This document shows, in pieces, positions 18,157 to 27,555 of a DNA stretch of 36,811 nt. The DNA comes from Candidatus Sulfobium sp. Lineage in GTDB: Bacteria; Nitrospirota; Thermodesulfovibrionia; Thermodesulfovibrionales; UBA6898. Location: assembly GCA_040235385.1 (NCBI GenBank), contig JBECKU010000016.1:1-36811 (forward strand), written 5' to 3'. Each line of letters begins with the position of its first letter. Position 1 is the stretch's first letter. The notes under the pieces were generated by a model. That model made no database searches and had not been told where the DNA came from. It saw only the letters and a program-made list of their open reading frames with translations. The translations under genes were made by a program, and so were the position numbers.

Positions 18157-19416
18157 TTACGTAAAATCCTTTAACACAATCACTGCGTTTACCCCTCCGA
18201 AACCGAAGGAATTGCACATCGCCGTTCTGATCCTTTTTCTGGTAAGTTCGGTAATCAGATTCAAGTCACAGTCTGCGTCTTTTTCTTCCACATTTATAGA
18301 AGGAGGAATGACCCCTTCCTTGATCGTCATAACGGCAAAGGCGGCCTCCAGCGGCCCGGATGCCGCGAGCATGTGCCCTGTCAACGACTTTACCGAGCTG
18401 ACCGGCAGACTCGCCGCTCTTTCCCTGAAGACCTCTCTTATCGCAAAAGCTTCCGTGGCGTCTCCCAGTGGGGTGGAGGTGCCATGTGCGCTGATATAAT
18501 CAATAGACTTGAAATCCAGCCCTGCGTCGGTCAGGGCGCACATCATCGCACTCACCTCTCCTCCGCATGCAGGTTTCGTCGGGTGGGAGGCATCAACGGC
18601 TGTCCCATAACCGATTATTTCACCATATATCCTTGCACTTCTTTTTAGGGCCGCTTCAAGTTCTTCCAGAACGAGTATGGATGCACCCTCCGAGAGCACA
18701 AACCCGCTGCGGGAGCGGTCAAAGGGCCTGCTCGCAGAAGAATCGGGAGTTTTCGACACCACACCGGTGACGCCGTATCCCTCGATACACAAACGACATA
18801 AGGGGGCTTCAGCCCCTCCCGCTATTACGGGGCCTTCCCATCCCGAACGCAATAATCTGAACGCCTCGCCTATTGCGTTCATGCCTGAGGCGCAGGCATT
18901 CGAGATGCCCAGACAGGAACTTCTTATGCCGAGCTTCCGCGAGATCGAAGAAGCAGCGGCGCCCACTGTGGTAGACGGCATAAGAAACGGCGACACCCGC
19001 CTTCCGCCGTGAGATGACCTGCGGTCGCGACGGGAGTGTAGATTTTTCACACATGCCCTCTCGATTGTCGAAATACCACCCCTGCTCGATCCTACAATTA
19101 CTCCTCCGGAAGTGAGGTACCTGCTGACGGGAAGAGCCGGATGTCCGATCAGCCCTGCGTCTTCAGCCGCCATAACCGCCGCCCCAACAGCATACTGAAC
19201 GAAGAGGTCCGTTCGGGCAAATTCCTTGAGACCCAGGTATATTTTTCCATCAAAACCTTTCACCTCACCGGCACATTTCCATGGAATATCAGAAACATCG
19301 AAACGAGTTATCGGTCCGATCCCTGAATGTCCCGATTTAGCCGCGCCCCACGAATCGCGAAGATTTCCCGCAAGAGGTGTAACCGCACCCAACCCGGTAA
19401 TTACGACCCTTTTCAT
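18157..19416 (-). CDS. Beta-ketoacyl-ACP synthase, KAS I/II (FabF/FabB-like)
   Basis: The Cys-His-His triad contexts are NACASGMNAIG, SAHGTSTPLGD and TGHMLAASG. The C-terminus has FGFGGVNA. Convergent with the GNAT-like gene. Confidence 0.9.
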   Translation of the reverse strand: MKRVVITGLGAVTPLAGNLRDSWGAAKSGHSGIGPITRFDVSDIPWKCAGEVKGFDGKIYLGLKEFARTDLFVQYAVGAAVMAAEDAGLIGHPALPVSRYLTSGGVIVGSSRGGISTIERACVKNLHSRRDRRSSHGGRRVSPFLMPSTTVGAAASSISRKLGIRSSCLGISNACASGMNAIGEAFRLLRSGWEGPVIAGGAEAPLCRLCIEGYGVTGVVSKTPDSSASRPFDRSRSGFVLSEGASILVLEELEAALKRSARIYGEIIGYGTAVDASHPTKPACGGEVSAMMCALTDAGLDFKSIDYISAHGTSTPLGDATEAFAIREVFRERAASLPVSSVKSLTGHMLAASGPLEAAFAVMTIKEGVIPPSINVEEKDADCDLNLITELTRKRIRTAMCNSFGFGGVNAVIVLKDFT

Positions 19417-19633
19417 TATCGATTATTTTAGCATGTCGCCGATTGAACGGTATCCGAGCCGCTGAAAATTTGAAGACTGTCCCATATATTGGAAGGTGGT
19501 AGTCAGGAAATCTCCCTTAACCCTTCTTGTCCCGGCCCCGGGCGGAGGCAAAGGAGGATGAAGGGGGATTTTTGATATTAATGTCTCACCTTTAACCCCG
19601 CGATTACGCAGATATCTTTTATTTTGGAAATAT

Positions 19634-20470
19634 TTGAACATATGTGTTATTTTAAAGAAACTCGGGGGCAGGAAAAACAATTTGGCTGGAGAGATATTAA
19701 AAAAAAGACGCGAAGATCTCGGCCTCACCGTTAAAGAAGTCGCCAATGTCCTCAAAATAAGGACAGAGTTCATCGTGTCGATTGAGAATGATTCCTTCGA
19801 AAAACTGCCGGTCCCGGTTTATACGATGGGATATATCAGATGTTATGCGAAGCATCTCGATATAGACGCGGAAGACATAGTTGAATATTACAAGCAGCAT
19901 ATGGTCCTTCCGAAAACCGGTGCAGTTTTTCCGGTAGCTTTCTCACAGAAAAAAAATCCGAAGAGCTTCTACGTCCTGCTGGTTATCATATTATCTTTAG
20001 GTGCGTTCTCACTTTTTTCTTATTCACCCTGGCTGTCCGGGAAGCACGCAACGCCCGGCAGGGCTCCTCGGACACTTCCACCGGTCCAGACCGGGCAGGT
20101 CGGTCCCGGGCCGGTGCAGCCGGAACAGGCTCCGCAGGACGATTTGCAGCAAACTGTTTACGGGGGAGACGTTATCCAGGCAGCCGAACGCCCCGAAGAT
20201 AAGTCTGTTCCGGTTGAAGCGGGTCATCATCTAGTGCTTGCTGCAAGCGATATAACATGGGTTCGCATCAGTTTCAGCGAAGGAGAGACAAAAGAAATCC
20301 TCTTGCGGGACGGGGAGGAAAAGGAATGGGATTTTCCCGATTCTGCGGCCCTAAAGATAGGAAACGCAGGGGGCATAAGGCTTCACCTGGATGGTAAAGA
20401 CCTTGGAATCCCGGGCAAGGCCGGAGAGGTAATAACGCTTTCTCTTCCACAATCTGAAACACGGGATTGA
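19634..20470 (+). CDS. rodZ: RodZ-like cytoskeleton protein (HTH, TM, Pro/Gln-rich linker, RodZ_C/DUF4115-like domain)
   Basis: N-terminal XRE-type HTH (LGLTVKEVANVLKIRTEFIVSIENDSF, YTMGYIRCYAKHLDID), one TM helix, and a C-terminal beta-rich domain (WVRISFSEGETKEILLRDGEEKEW ... IGNAGGIRLHLDGKDLG). The start codon is uncertain (TTG at 19634). Confidence 0.75.
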   Translation: MNICVILKKLGGRKNNLAGEILKKRREDLGLTVKEVANVLKIRTEFIVSIENDSFEKLPVPVYTMGYIRCYAKHLDIDAEDIVEYYKQHMVLPKTGAVFPVAFSQKKNPKSFYVLLVIILSLGAFSLFSYSPWLSGKHATPGRAPRTLPPVQTGQVGPGPVQPEQAPQDDLQQTVYGGDVIQAAERPEDKSVPVEAGHHLVLAASDITWVRISFSEGETKEILLRDGEEKEWDFPDSAALKIGNAGGIRLHLDGKDLGIPGKAGEVITLSLPQSETRD

Positions 20471-20471
20471 T

Positions 20472-20663
20472 TCATCTGCCCATAAATCCCGGGCAACCCT
20501 CGAAACCAAAGCATTTTGCTTTTTTCCTCATAATACATCCGGTATTGACGCAAATGGTAACTTTATCGCCGTACGCCTTCATCTGTCTCCTCTCGTTCTC
20601 TGCACTTCCGGACGGCTTATCGCGACGCCCTCGTTTTCGAAAAGGATTTTTTTTCCTCTTCAT
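20472..20663 (-). CDS. Hypothetical small basic 4-Cys protein (63 aa)
   Basis: The ATG at 20663 is preceded by GGAG with 5-nt spacing. The N-terminus is very basic (KRKKNPFRKRGRRDK) and there is a CxxxxC-x7-C-x5-C pattern. I recognise no family and it may not be a real gene. Confidence 0.25.
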   Translation of the reverse strand: MKRKKNPFRKRGRRDKPSGSAENERRQMKAYGDKVTICVNTGCIMRKKAKCFGFEGCPGFMGR

Positions 20664-20683
20664 CCCAACTCCATCGCCATAAC

Positions 20684-20713
20684 TTGTATGTATCAACTCT
20701 ATGATAATATAAT
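20684..20713 (+). promoter_or_regulatory. Candidate sigma-70 promoter upstream of tilS
   Basis: TTGTAT, an 18-nt spacer, then TATAAT, in an AT-rich gap about 50 nt before the tilS ATG. Pattern match only. Confidence 0.3.
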
Positions 20714-20764
20714 TATATTCTTTAATGAAACACCATTCTTACTCGCCCGGCATGGCTGAATATA

Positions 20765-22189
20765 ATGAAGCGCACAGTCGACAAAAGAAAGAGTAAAACC
20801 GGAAGCCTGAGTCTTTTGGAAAGGGTATCGGCATCCATTTTGCGATATTCCCTTCTCAAGGGGGGCGAGCGCGTACTTGTGGGGGTCTCGGGCGGCCCCG
20901 ATTCCATGTGCCTGCTCCATCTGATGCACAGATTGAAGGGCACCTTCGAAATCGATCTGAATTCCGTTTATGTAAATCATAACCTGAGACCGGAAGAAGT
21001 GGGCAATGAAATTCTTTTTTGCCGGTCTCTTTCCGAAAGCCTGGGGGTCGATTTCACTGTCAAGTCGATCGATGTGCGGTCTTTTGCGAATGAAAGGCGG
21101 CTCACTATTCAGGAAGCCGCCCGGGAGCTCAGGTATAAGGCCTTTGAAGAAGCGGCATCAGAGACAGGAGCAGACAGAGTCGCTCTTGCTCATCACGCCG
21201 ACGATCAGGTGGAGACCTTCATAATGAGACTTCTCAGAGGAGCGGGTCCGAAGGGTCTCGCCGGAATCCCTGCAAGAAGAGGGAAATTTATCAGACCGTT
21301 GATAGATATCGAAAAAAAGGATATCGAGGAGTTCCTCTCATCGGAAGGTATTCCGTTTGTTCTCGATTCATCAAATCTCAAGGGCGATTATCTAAGGAAT
21401 AAAATCAGACACTCCCTGCTCCCCTCACTCAGGGAAATCAATCCGAACCTGACGGAAACCATTTTGCACACTGTTCAAATTCTGGGTGACGATGAGCGTT
21501 ACTTCGACCTCCTTGTGACAAAGGCACTTATGAAGTCAGTCAGCAGAAAAACCGCGCAGAAGATAGAACTCTTTCTCGTACCGCTGGAATCTATGGAACC
21601 GGTTCACCTGAGGAGGCTCCTCAGGCGCGCAATGGAATCGGTCGAGGGACTCCGGGGAGTTGGTTTTACGCATGTCGAGGACATTACAAAACTGATCAAA
21701 GACGGAAGATCCGGGGATCGTCTGTCCCTTCCTGGGGACATAAGGGCTATCAGAGATTATTCCCTTCTCGTTATCACATCCGAGAAGCCCGTCGTGCTGT
21801 CGGAGTATGATCTCCATCCCGACGAAACACTTGCCATAAGAGAGGCGGGGATTGCGATACGGGCGTTGACAAAAGGTATACAGCGGGACAGTTGTGACAA
21901 CAAGACGTCGATTCTCCTGGACGCCGCCGGTGTAACCTTCCCTCTTAAAGTCAGGCCCCGGAAGGCCGGCGATTTTTTCTATCCTCTTGGCTTCGGGAAA
22001 AGGAAAAAGCTCCAGGATTTTTTCGTGGATGAGAAGGTCCCGAGGGACGAAAGGGACAGGATTCCAATTGTTCTATCCGGAAGAGATATCGTTTGGGTCG
22101 CCGGATACAGGGGGGATAACAGGTTCAGAGTTTCGGATACGACAGAGCGTTTCCTGAGACTCGATCTTCTGAAATGCAACTTCCAGTGA
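20765..22189 (+). CDS. tilS: tRNA(Ile)-lysidine synthetase
   Basis: PP-loop SGGPDSMCLL, a long TilS-type substrate-binding region and a C-terminal domain (IPIVLSGRDIVWVAGYR). Confidence 0.9.
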   Translation: MKRTVDKRKSKTGSLSLLERVSASILRYSLLKGGERVLVGVSGGPDSMCLLHLMHRLKGTFEIDLNSVYVNHNLRPEEVGNEILFCRSLSESLGVDFTVKSIDVRSFANERRLTIQEAARELRYKAFEEAASETGADRVALAHHADDQVETFIMRLLRGAGPKGLAGIPARRGKFIRPLIDIEKKDIEEFLSSEGIPFVLDSSNLKGDYLRNKIRHSLLPSLREINPNLTETILHTVQILGDDERYFDLLVTKALMKSVSRKTAQKIELFLVPLESMEPVHLRRLLRRAMESVEGLRGVGFTHVEDITKLIKDGRSGDRLSLPGDIRAIRDYSLLVITSEKPVVLSEYDLHPDETLAIREAGIAIRALTKGIQRDSCDNKTSILLDAAGVTFPLKVRPRKAGDFFYPLGFGKRKKLQDFFVDEKVPRDERDRIPIVLSGRDIVWVAGYRGDNRFRVSDTTERFLRLDLLKCNFQ

Positions 22190-22232
22190 TAAAATAATAA
22201 GCCGCACATAAGATCAACATCAGGAGGTCGTT

Positions 22233-23666
22233 TTGACTGATAAGACAAGAGTTCGTTTCGCACCAAGTCCTACGGGCCATCTCCATATCGGCGGGGCGAG
22301 GACAGCCCTTTTCAACTGGCTTTATGCGCGTCATTTGGACGGCACGTTCATTTTGAGAATAGAGGACACTGACAGGAGCCGTTCCACTGAAGAGTTTATC
22401 GCGGCAATCATCGAAGGCATGAAATGGCTCGGCCTTGACTGGGACGAAGGACCTTTCAGACAGACCGACAGGTTCGATATATATAGAAGATACGCGGAGA
22501 GACTGATCAGGGAAGGCAAGGCTTATTATTGCTACTGCACCGCCGAAGAACTGGAGGCACGGCGTAAAGAGGCGATGGAACAGGGCAAATCTCCAAAGTA
22601 CGACGGCAGATGCAGGCACCTGAAAGAACCACCCGGCGGGAGGAGTGGCGCTGTTCGGTTCATGATGCCGCAGTCCGGGCACACTGTCGTGGACGACCTT
22701 ATCCGTGGCAAGGTCGTTTTCGAGAATTCCCAACTCGATGATCTTATCATCCTCCGGTCGGACAGCACCCCCACATATAACCTCACGGTAGTCGTCGATG
22801 ATGTCGATATGAAAATCACCCATATCGTCCGGGGCGACGACCACCTTAACAATACCCCGAAACAGATCCAGCTTTATCAGGCCTTCGGTTATGAAGTCCC
22901 TGAATTTGCCCATCTTCCGATGATACTGGGCTCCGACAAAACGAGGCTTTCCAAGCGGCATGGTGCGACATCGGTCCTGGCGTATCGCGAGATGGGATAC
23001 CTTCCTGAGGCCCTCCTCAATTATCTCGTAAGGCTGGGTTGGTCCCACGGCGACCAGGAGATATTCACCAGGGATGAACTCATCCGGCATTTTTCCTTCG
23101 ACAGCGTAGGGAAAGCAGCCGCGGTATTCAACCCTGAAAAATTGCTCTGGTTGAACAGTCAGTATATGATGAATACCTCCCCGGATGTGCTCGCTGAAAT
23201 GGTTATGCCCTTTCTGATCGGGGAAGAGATAGTTTCAGAGGGAGAACAGATTGACCGGGAGTGGCTGGCAAGGGCTATCGATACCTTGAAAGAACGGTCG
23301 AAAACGCTGGTTGATCTTGCGAAATCACTCCGCTATTACATTTCCATCGACGTAAAGTACGATCAAAAAGCCAAAGACAAATTCCTTAATGAAAAAACCT
23401 TGCCTTATCTGGGTGATCTGCGACATAGGCTGGATACGCTGAATGAGTTTTCACACGCCGCCCTCGAACAGTTATTCAGATCGGTTACTGAAACACACGG
23501 CATTAAACTCGGGGCCCTCGCCCAACCCGTCCGGGTCGCGGTGACAGGCGGCGCAGAGAGCCCTGGGATATTCGACGTACTGGAAGTACTCGGAAAGGAA
23601 AAGACTCTTAAGAAACTGGACAACGCGATGCGGATGATCGAAACTTCTCAAGGTAGCACAAGATGA
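22233..23666 (+). CDS. gltX: Glutamate--tRNA ligase
   Basis: TTG start 5 nt after AGGAGG. Class I HIGH motif ([15 protein letters not shown]) and KMSKS-type motif (RLSKRHG). Confidence 0.93.
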   Translation: MTDKTRVRFAPSPTGHLHIGGARTALFNWLYARHLDGTFILRIEDTDRSRSTEEFIAAIIEGMKWLGLDWDEGPFRQTDRFDIYRRYAERLIREGKAYYCYCTAEELEARRKEAMEQGKSPKYDGRCRHLKEPPGGRSGAVRFMMPQSGHTVVDDLIRGKVVFENSQLDDLIILRSDSTPTYNLTVVVDDVDMKITHIVRGDDHLNNTPKQIQLYQAFGYEVPEFAHLPMILGSDKTRLSKRHGATSVLAYREMGYLPEALLNYLVRLGWSHGDQEIFTRDELIRHFSFDSVGKAAAVFNPEKLLWLNSQYMMNTSPDVLAEMVMPFLIGEEIVSEGEQIDREWLARAIDTLKERSKTLVDLAKSLRYYISIDVKYDQKAKDKFLNEKTLPYLGDLRHRLDTLNEFSHAALEQLFRSVTETHGIKLGALAQPVRVAVTGGAESPGIFDVLEVLGKEKTLKKLDNAMRMIETSQGSTR

Positions 23667-25390
23667 CGCCTGAAGCGAAAAAGGAAGAGAAAAGGAGCCG
23701 TGATATGGTGAAACCCTCTGCTGAGCACTATTCTGATTTCATCAGGGACATCATAAGGCAGGATCGGGAGGCGCAGAAATACGAAGGAAGGGTCCATACC
23801 CGTTTCCCCCCCGAGCCGAACGGCTATCTCCATATCGGACACGCAAAATCGATCTGTCTGAATTTCGGCGTTGCGTCCGAATTCGGCGGGCTTTGCAACC
23901 TGCGGTTCGATGATACGAATCCCAGCAAGGAAGAAGTAGAATACGTGAAGTCGATCAAATTCGATGTCCGTTGGCTGGGGTTCGACTGGGGAGACCGTTT
24001 GTTTTACGCTTCGGATTATTTTCAGCGGCTTTATGAGTGCGCAGTGAGGCTGATCAAAAAGGAGAAGGCCTACGTGTGTGATCTGAGTCCGGATGAAATC
24101 AGGAAATACCGGGGCACACTCACTGAACCGGGAAAGGAAAGTCCGTTCCGGATGAGGACACTGGAAGAAAACCTCGACCTCTTCGAGCGAATGCGGGCGG
24201 GGGAGTTCGATAGCGGTTCTCATACCCTTCGGGCAAAGATCGATATGTCTTCGGGCAATCTCAACATGCGGGACCCGGTCATGTATCGGATAATGAAAGC
24301 GGAACATCACAGGACCGGCCGCGACTGGTGCATTTATCCCATGTACGATTTTGCCCACTGCATCTCGGATTCGGTCGAAGGCATCACCCATTCTCTCTGC
24401 ACGCTTGAATTCGAAGATCATCGCCCGCTCTATGACTGGTATCTCGATCAACTGAGGCTTTACCATCCGCAGCAGATAGAATTTGCGCGCCTGAACCTCA
24501 GCCATACGGTGCTGAGCAAACGGAAATTGCTTAAACTGGTGCAGGAAGGCCATGTCTCAGGATGGGACGATCCGAGGATGCCGACGATTTCAGGACTGAG
24601 GAGACGCGGGTACACCCCGGAGTCCATCCGGAATTTCTGCGAACGCATCGGGGTCGCCAAGCGGGACAGCGTTGTCGATATCGCTCTTCTCGAATATTGT
24701 CTCAGGGAAGACCTTAATAAACGGGCACCCCGCGTTATGGCTGTTTTGCGCCCTCTTAAAGTGGTCGTAGTAAATTATCCCGAAGGTCAATCAGAGGAAC
24801 TGGAGGCAGTAAACAACCCTGAAGACCCTTCCATGGGAACGAGAAAGGTGCCTTTTTCGAGAGTGCTTTATATCGAGAAGGACGATTTCCGCGAGGACCC
24901 TCCGAAAAAGTATTACCGCCTTGCTCCCGGTCGGGAAGTGAGGCTGAGATATGCCTATTACATTACATGTATCGATGTCATTAAGAATAAAAATGGTGAA
25001 GTGACTGAACTCCACTGCACGTACGACCCCCAGACCCGGGGGGGCGATTCTCCCGACGGACGGAAGGTAAAATCGACGCTCCATTGGGTTTCAGCCTCCC
25101 ATGCATTACAGGCTGAAGTGCGGCTGTACGACCACCTCTTCCTGAACCCGGACCCGGCCTCTGTGGACGACTCCGATTTCAAGGCCGCGCTGAATCCTGA
25201 CTCGCTGGTGACACTGAGGTCGTGCCGCCTTGAGCCGGGCCTCGCCTCCGCTGAACCGGGGTCCATTTATCAATTTGAGAGGCAAGGGTATTTTTGCGTC
25301 GATTCCATGGACTTAATGCCGGGATCTCCGGTCTTTAACCGGACGGTAACACTTCGCGATACATGGGCAAAAATCGAGAAAAAACAGTGA
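23663..25390 (+). CDS. glnS: Glutamine--tRNA ligase
   Basis: [16 protein letters not shown] and VLSKRKL motifs, plus a GlnRS-type C-terminal anticodon-binding domain. The start overlaps the gltX stop (ATGA). The ATG at 23705 is an alternative start. Confidence 0.92.
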   Translation: MTPEAKKEEKRSRDMVKPSAEHYSDFIRDIIRQDREAQKYEGRVHTRFPPEPNGYLHIGHAKSICLNFGVASEFGGLCNLRFDDTNPSKEEVEYVKSIKFDVRWLGFDWGDRLFYASDYFQRLYECAVRLIKKEKAYVCDLSPDEIRKYRGTLTEPGKESPFRMRTLEENLDLFERMRAGEFDSGSHTLRAKIDMSSGNLNMRDPVMYRIMKAEHHRTGRDWCIYPMYDFAHCISDSVEGITHSLCTLEFEDHRPLYDWYLDQLRLYHPQQIEFARLNLSHTVLSKRKLLKLVQEGHVSGWDDPRMPTISGLRRRGYTPESIRNFCERIGVAKRDSVVDIALLEYCLREDLNKRAPRVMAVLRPLKVVVVNYPEGQSEELEAVNNPEDPSMGTRKVPFSRVLYIEKDDFREDPPKKYYRLAPGREVRLRYAYYITCIDVIKNKNGEVTELHCTYDPQTRGGDSPDGRKVKSTLHWVSASHALQAEVRLYDHLFLNPDPASVDDSDFKAALNPDSLVTLRSCRLEPGLASAEPGSIYQFERQGYFCVDSMDLMPGSPVFNRTVTLRDTWAKIEKKQ

Positions 25391-25430
25391 AGCGGAGCGG
25401 AAACGCTAAGCGCAATCTCGCTCATCGGGA

Positions 25431-25459
25431 TTGCATCGTGATATCAAATTTGTTATATT
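25431..25459 (+). promoter_or_regulatory. Candidate sigma-70 promoter upstream of gpsA
   Basis: TTGCAT, a 17-nt spacer, then TATATT. It would give a 5' UTR of about 125 nt. Pattern match only. Confidence 0.3.
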
Positions 25460-25592
25460 CCAGGTATCGATAATAACACTTTATTCGTATGCCTTTTCTT
25501 CAGGAAAACTTGAGACTGTCAAGATTTCCCGGAACTGCTCCGGAAGAGCGGTGTTCTGAACCCTTTTGCACCCGAGGATAAAATAAACCGAA

Positions 25593-26582
25593 ATGAGTTA
25601 CATCGCCGTCATAGGGGCGGGAAGTTGGGGAACTACACTCGCCAGTTTACTGGTTGAGAAAGATTATGATGTATCGCTCTGGGCCTTCGAGAGGGAACTC
25701 GCTGAAGAGATAGCCGTTTCCAGAACGAACCATGTCTACTTGCCGGGGTTTTCCTTACCCGATGGAATTAAATCGACGCATATCATCGCGGATGCCGTCA
25801 AAAGGGCCCGTTATGTGGTAAACGTAGTGCCCACGCAATTCACCCGAAAGGTCTTCTCTGAAGCGGCCGGTCTCCTCCGGGAGGACGCCGTTATCGTCAG
25901 TGCGTCAAAGGGCATCGAGCAGCGGACTCTCCTCACCGTTTCCTCAGTCCTGAGCGAGATCTGCGGCCGGGGAATAGCTGTCCTGTCCGGTCCGAGTTTC
26001 GCCCGGGAAGTAATGAGCAAGCTGCCGACCGCAGTGACACTCGCCACCCGTAACCCCGGCGAGAATCTCCTCCTCCAGGAGATCTTCAACACCTCTTATT
26101 TCAGGGTTTACACCCATTCGGATATTCTTGGGGTTGAACTCGGCGGGGCACTGAAAAATGTCATGGCCATAGCCTCGGGAATATGCGACGGACTAGGGCT
26201 CGGTCATAACTCAAGAGCGGCCCTTATCACTCGCGGGTTGGCCGAGATTACCAGACTCGGTGCAGAAATGGGTGCGGATCCGAAGACTTTTTCGGGACTG
26301 AGCGGTCTCGGTGATCTCGTGCTCACGTGCACAGCTGCTCTGTCGAGGAATTATTCCGTTGGGGTGAAATTAGGGCAGGGGATAAGTCTCAAGGACATTC
26401 TCTCCTCTACGAGGAGTGTTGCAGAAGGTGTGGCGTCGTCTTTATCCGCTTATGAACTTTCACGCAAGTACGGGATAGAGATGCCTATTGTCGAACAGGT
26501 CTACGAAGTCCTCTATAAGGATAAGAGTCCTGCTGAAGCCGTCCATATGCTGATGAACAGGGCACTGAAATCGGAGTTTTGA
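25593..26582 (+). CDS. gpsA: NAD(P)H-dependent glycerol-3-phosphate dehydrogenase
   Basis: N-terminal VIGAGSWGTTLA Rossmann motif, plus the GALKNVMAIASG and GLGDLVLTC motifs typical of GpsA. Confidence 0.92.
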   Translation: MSYIAVIGAGSWGTTLASLLVEKDYDVSLWAFERELAEEIAVSRTNHVYLPGFSLPDGIKSTHIIADAVKRARYVVNVVPTQFTRKVFSEAAGLLREDAVIVSASKGIEQRTLLTVSSVLSEICGRGIAVLSGPSFAREVMSKLPTAVTLATRNPGENLLLQEIFNTSYFRVYTHSDILGVELGGALKNVMAIASGICDGLGLGHNSRAALITRGLAEITRLGAEMGADPKTFSGLSGLGDLVLTCTAALSRNYSVGVKLGQGISLKDILSSTRSVAEGVASSLSAYELSRKYGIEMPIVEQVYEVLYKDKSPAEAVHMLMNRALKSEF

Positions 26583-26637
26583 ACAAAGGGAAGAAGCTCT
26601 TGGCTACTGCCGGGGTCTCTTTTATTGTTGCGGTCCC

Positions 26638-27375
26638 ATGCATAATGAAAAAATAAAGAAAATCCTGGATTCGGTCAGGAGCGGAAAAGTTTCCGTAGAC
26701 CGGGCGATCGATGTCTTAAAGGACCTAACCTATGAAGACCTCTCTTTTGCGAAAATAGACCACCACAGGCACCTTAGATTAGGGGTACCGGAGGTCATTC
26801 TTGCCTCCGGCAAAACATCCCGGCAAGTAAAGGATATTGCCGGTTCCATGTACAGAAAAGGAAGAAGTTTCCTCATCACTCGGGCCTGGAAAGAATTGTA
26901 CGATTTGCTGGAGATGAAGTCTGCAGTATTCTACCCGGCTTCCGGAATCATCTCTGTGGGAGAAGTAAAGAAGAAGAAAGGGAGTATACTGGTCCTAACA
27001 GCGGGTACCTCCGATATGGCGGTCGCAGAAGAAGCCGCTGTCACCGCATCCTTTCTCGGGAGCAAGGTCCACACGGTCAATGACGTCGGTGTTGCGGGAT
27101 TGCACAGGCTGATGGACAAAGCCCATTTCTTCAAGGAAGCACGAGTCATCATAGTAGCGGCTGGAATGGAGGGGGCACTCCCTTCCGTCGTAGGGGGATT
27201 AACAGACAAGCCGATCGTCGCTGTACCAACTTCTACGGGATATGGTACAAGCCTAGGCGGACTTACCGCACTATTTTCCATGCTTAATTCCTGCGTGCCG
27301 GGTATCGCGGTTGTAAACATCGATAATGGGTTCGGCGCCGGATGCCTCGCGCACAAGATCAATACCATGCGTTGA
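26638..27375 (+). CDS. larB: LarB-like protein (PurE/AIR-carboxylase fold; nickel-pincer cofactor pathway carboxylase/hydrolase family)
   Basis: N-terminal segment with DHHRHLRLGVPEVILASGKT, followed by a PurE-like domain (VLTAGTSDMAVAEEA ... AGMEGALPSVVGG). Confidence 0.75.
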   Translation: MHNEKIKKILDSVRSGKVSVDRAIDVLKDLTYEDLSFAKIDHHRHLRLGVPEVILASGKTSRQVKDIAGSMYRKGRSFLITRAWKELYDLLEMKSAVFYPASGIISVGEVKKKKGSILVLTAGTSDMAVAEEAAVTASFLGSKVHTVNDVGVAGLHRLMDKAHFFKEARVIIVAAGMEGALPSVVGGLTDKPIVAVPTSTGYGTSLGGLTALFSMLNSCVPGIAVVNIDNGFGAGCLAHKINTMR

Positions 27376-27399
27376 CATCGGGCGTGTCGCTGAACTATA

Positions 27400-27505
27400 C
27401 TGTAGCTAACCCTTGGGGGAGGCCTCGATGCCTGAGAGTTTCTCGTATCGCGAGAGAGACCCCTTGAACCTGATATGGATAATTCCGTCGTAGGGAGTAG
27501 GGAAG
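27400..27505 (+). promoter_or_regulatory. TPP (THI-box) riboswitch
   Basis: GGGGAGGCC..GCCTGAGAG ... ACCCCTTGAACCTGATATGGATAATTCCGTCGTAGGGAG matches the conserved CUGAGA and ACCUGAU..GGAUAAU..CGUAGGGA cores of the TPP aptamer. It lies directly upstream of thiS. The boundaries are approximate. Confidence 0.88.
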
Positions 27506-27518
27506 CAGGAGGTAAGGC

Positions 27519-27555
27519 AAACCGTATCCCAAAAGGGATGCGGTTTTTTTATTTT
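27519..27555 (+). terminator. Intrinsic terminator, expression platform of the TPP riboswitch
   Basis: AAACCGTATCCC-aaaa-GGGATGCGGTTT forms a 12-bp stem with one G-U pair, followed by TTTTTTTATTTT. It ends immediately before the thiS ATG. Confidence 0.8.

Noticed and set aside
19423-19773. 116-aa - strand ORF spanning the KAS/rodZ intergenic region and the rodZ 5' end.
   Set aside because: It overlaps the rodZ HTH coding region and the GC-rich hairpin. It is Pro/Gly-rich and low-complexity, and has no start context.
22125-24553. Two long - strand ORFs (22125-23090, 321 aa, and 23648-24553, 301 aa) antisense to gltX and glnS.
   Set aside because: They lie fully opposite genes with unambiguous class I synthetase motifs. 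Their translations are low-complexity and Arg/Pro/Phe-rich without motifs. They are best explained by stop-codon depletion in the antisense frame of GC-balanced coding DNA.
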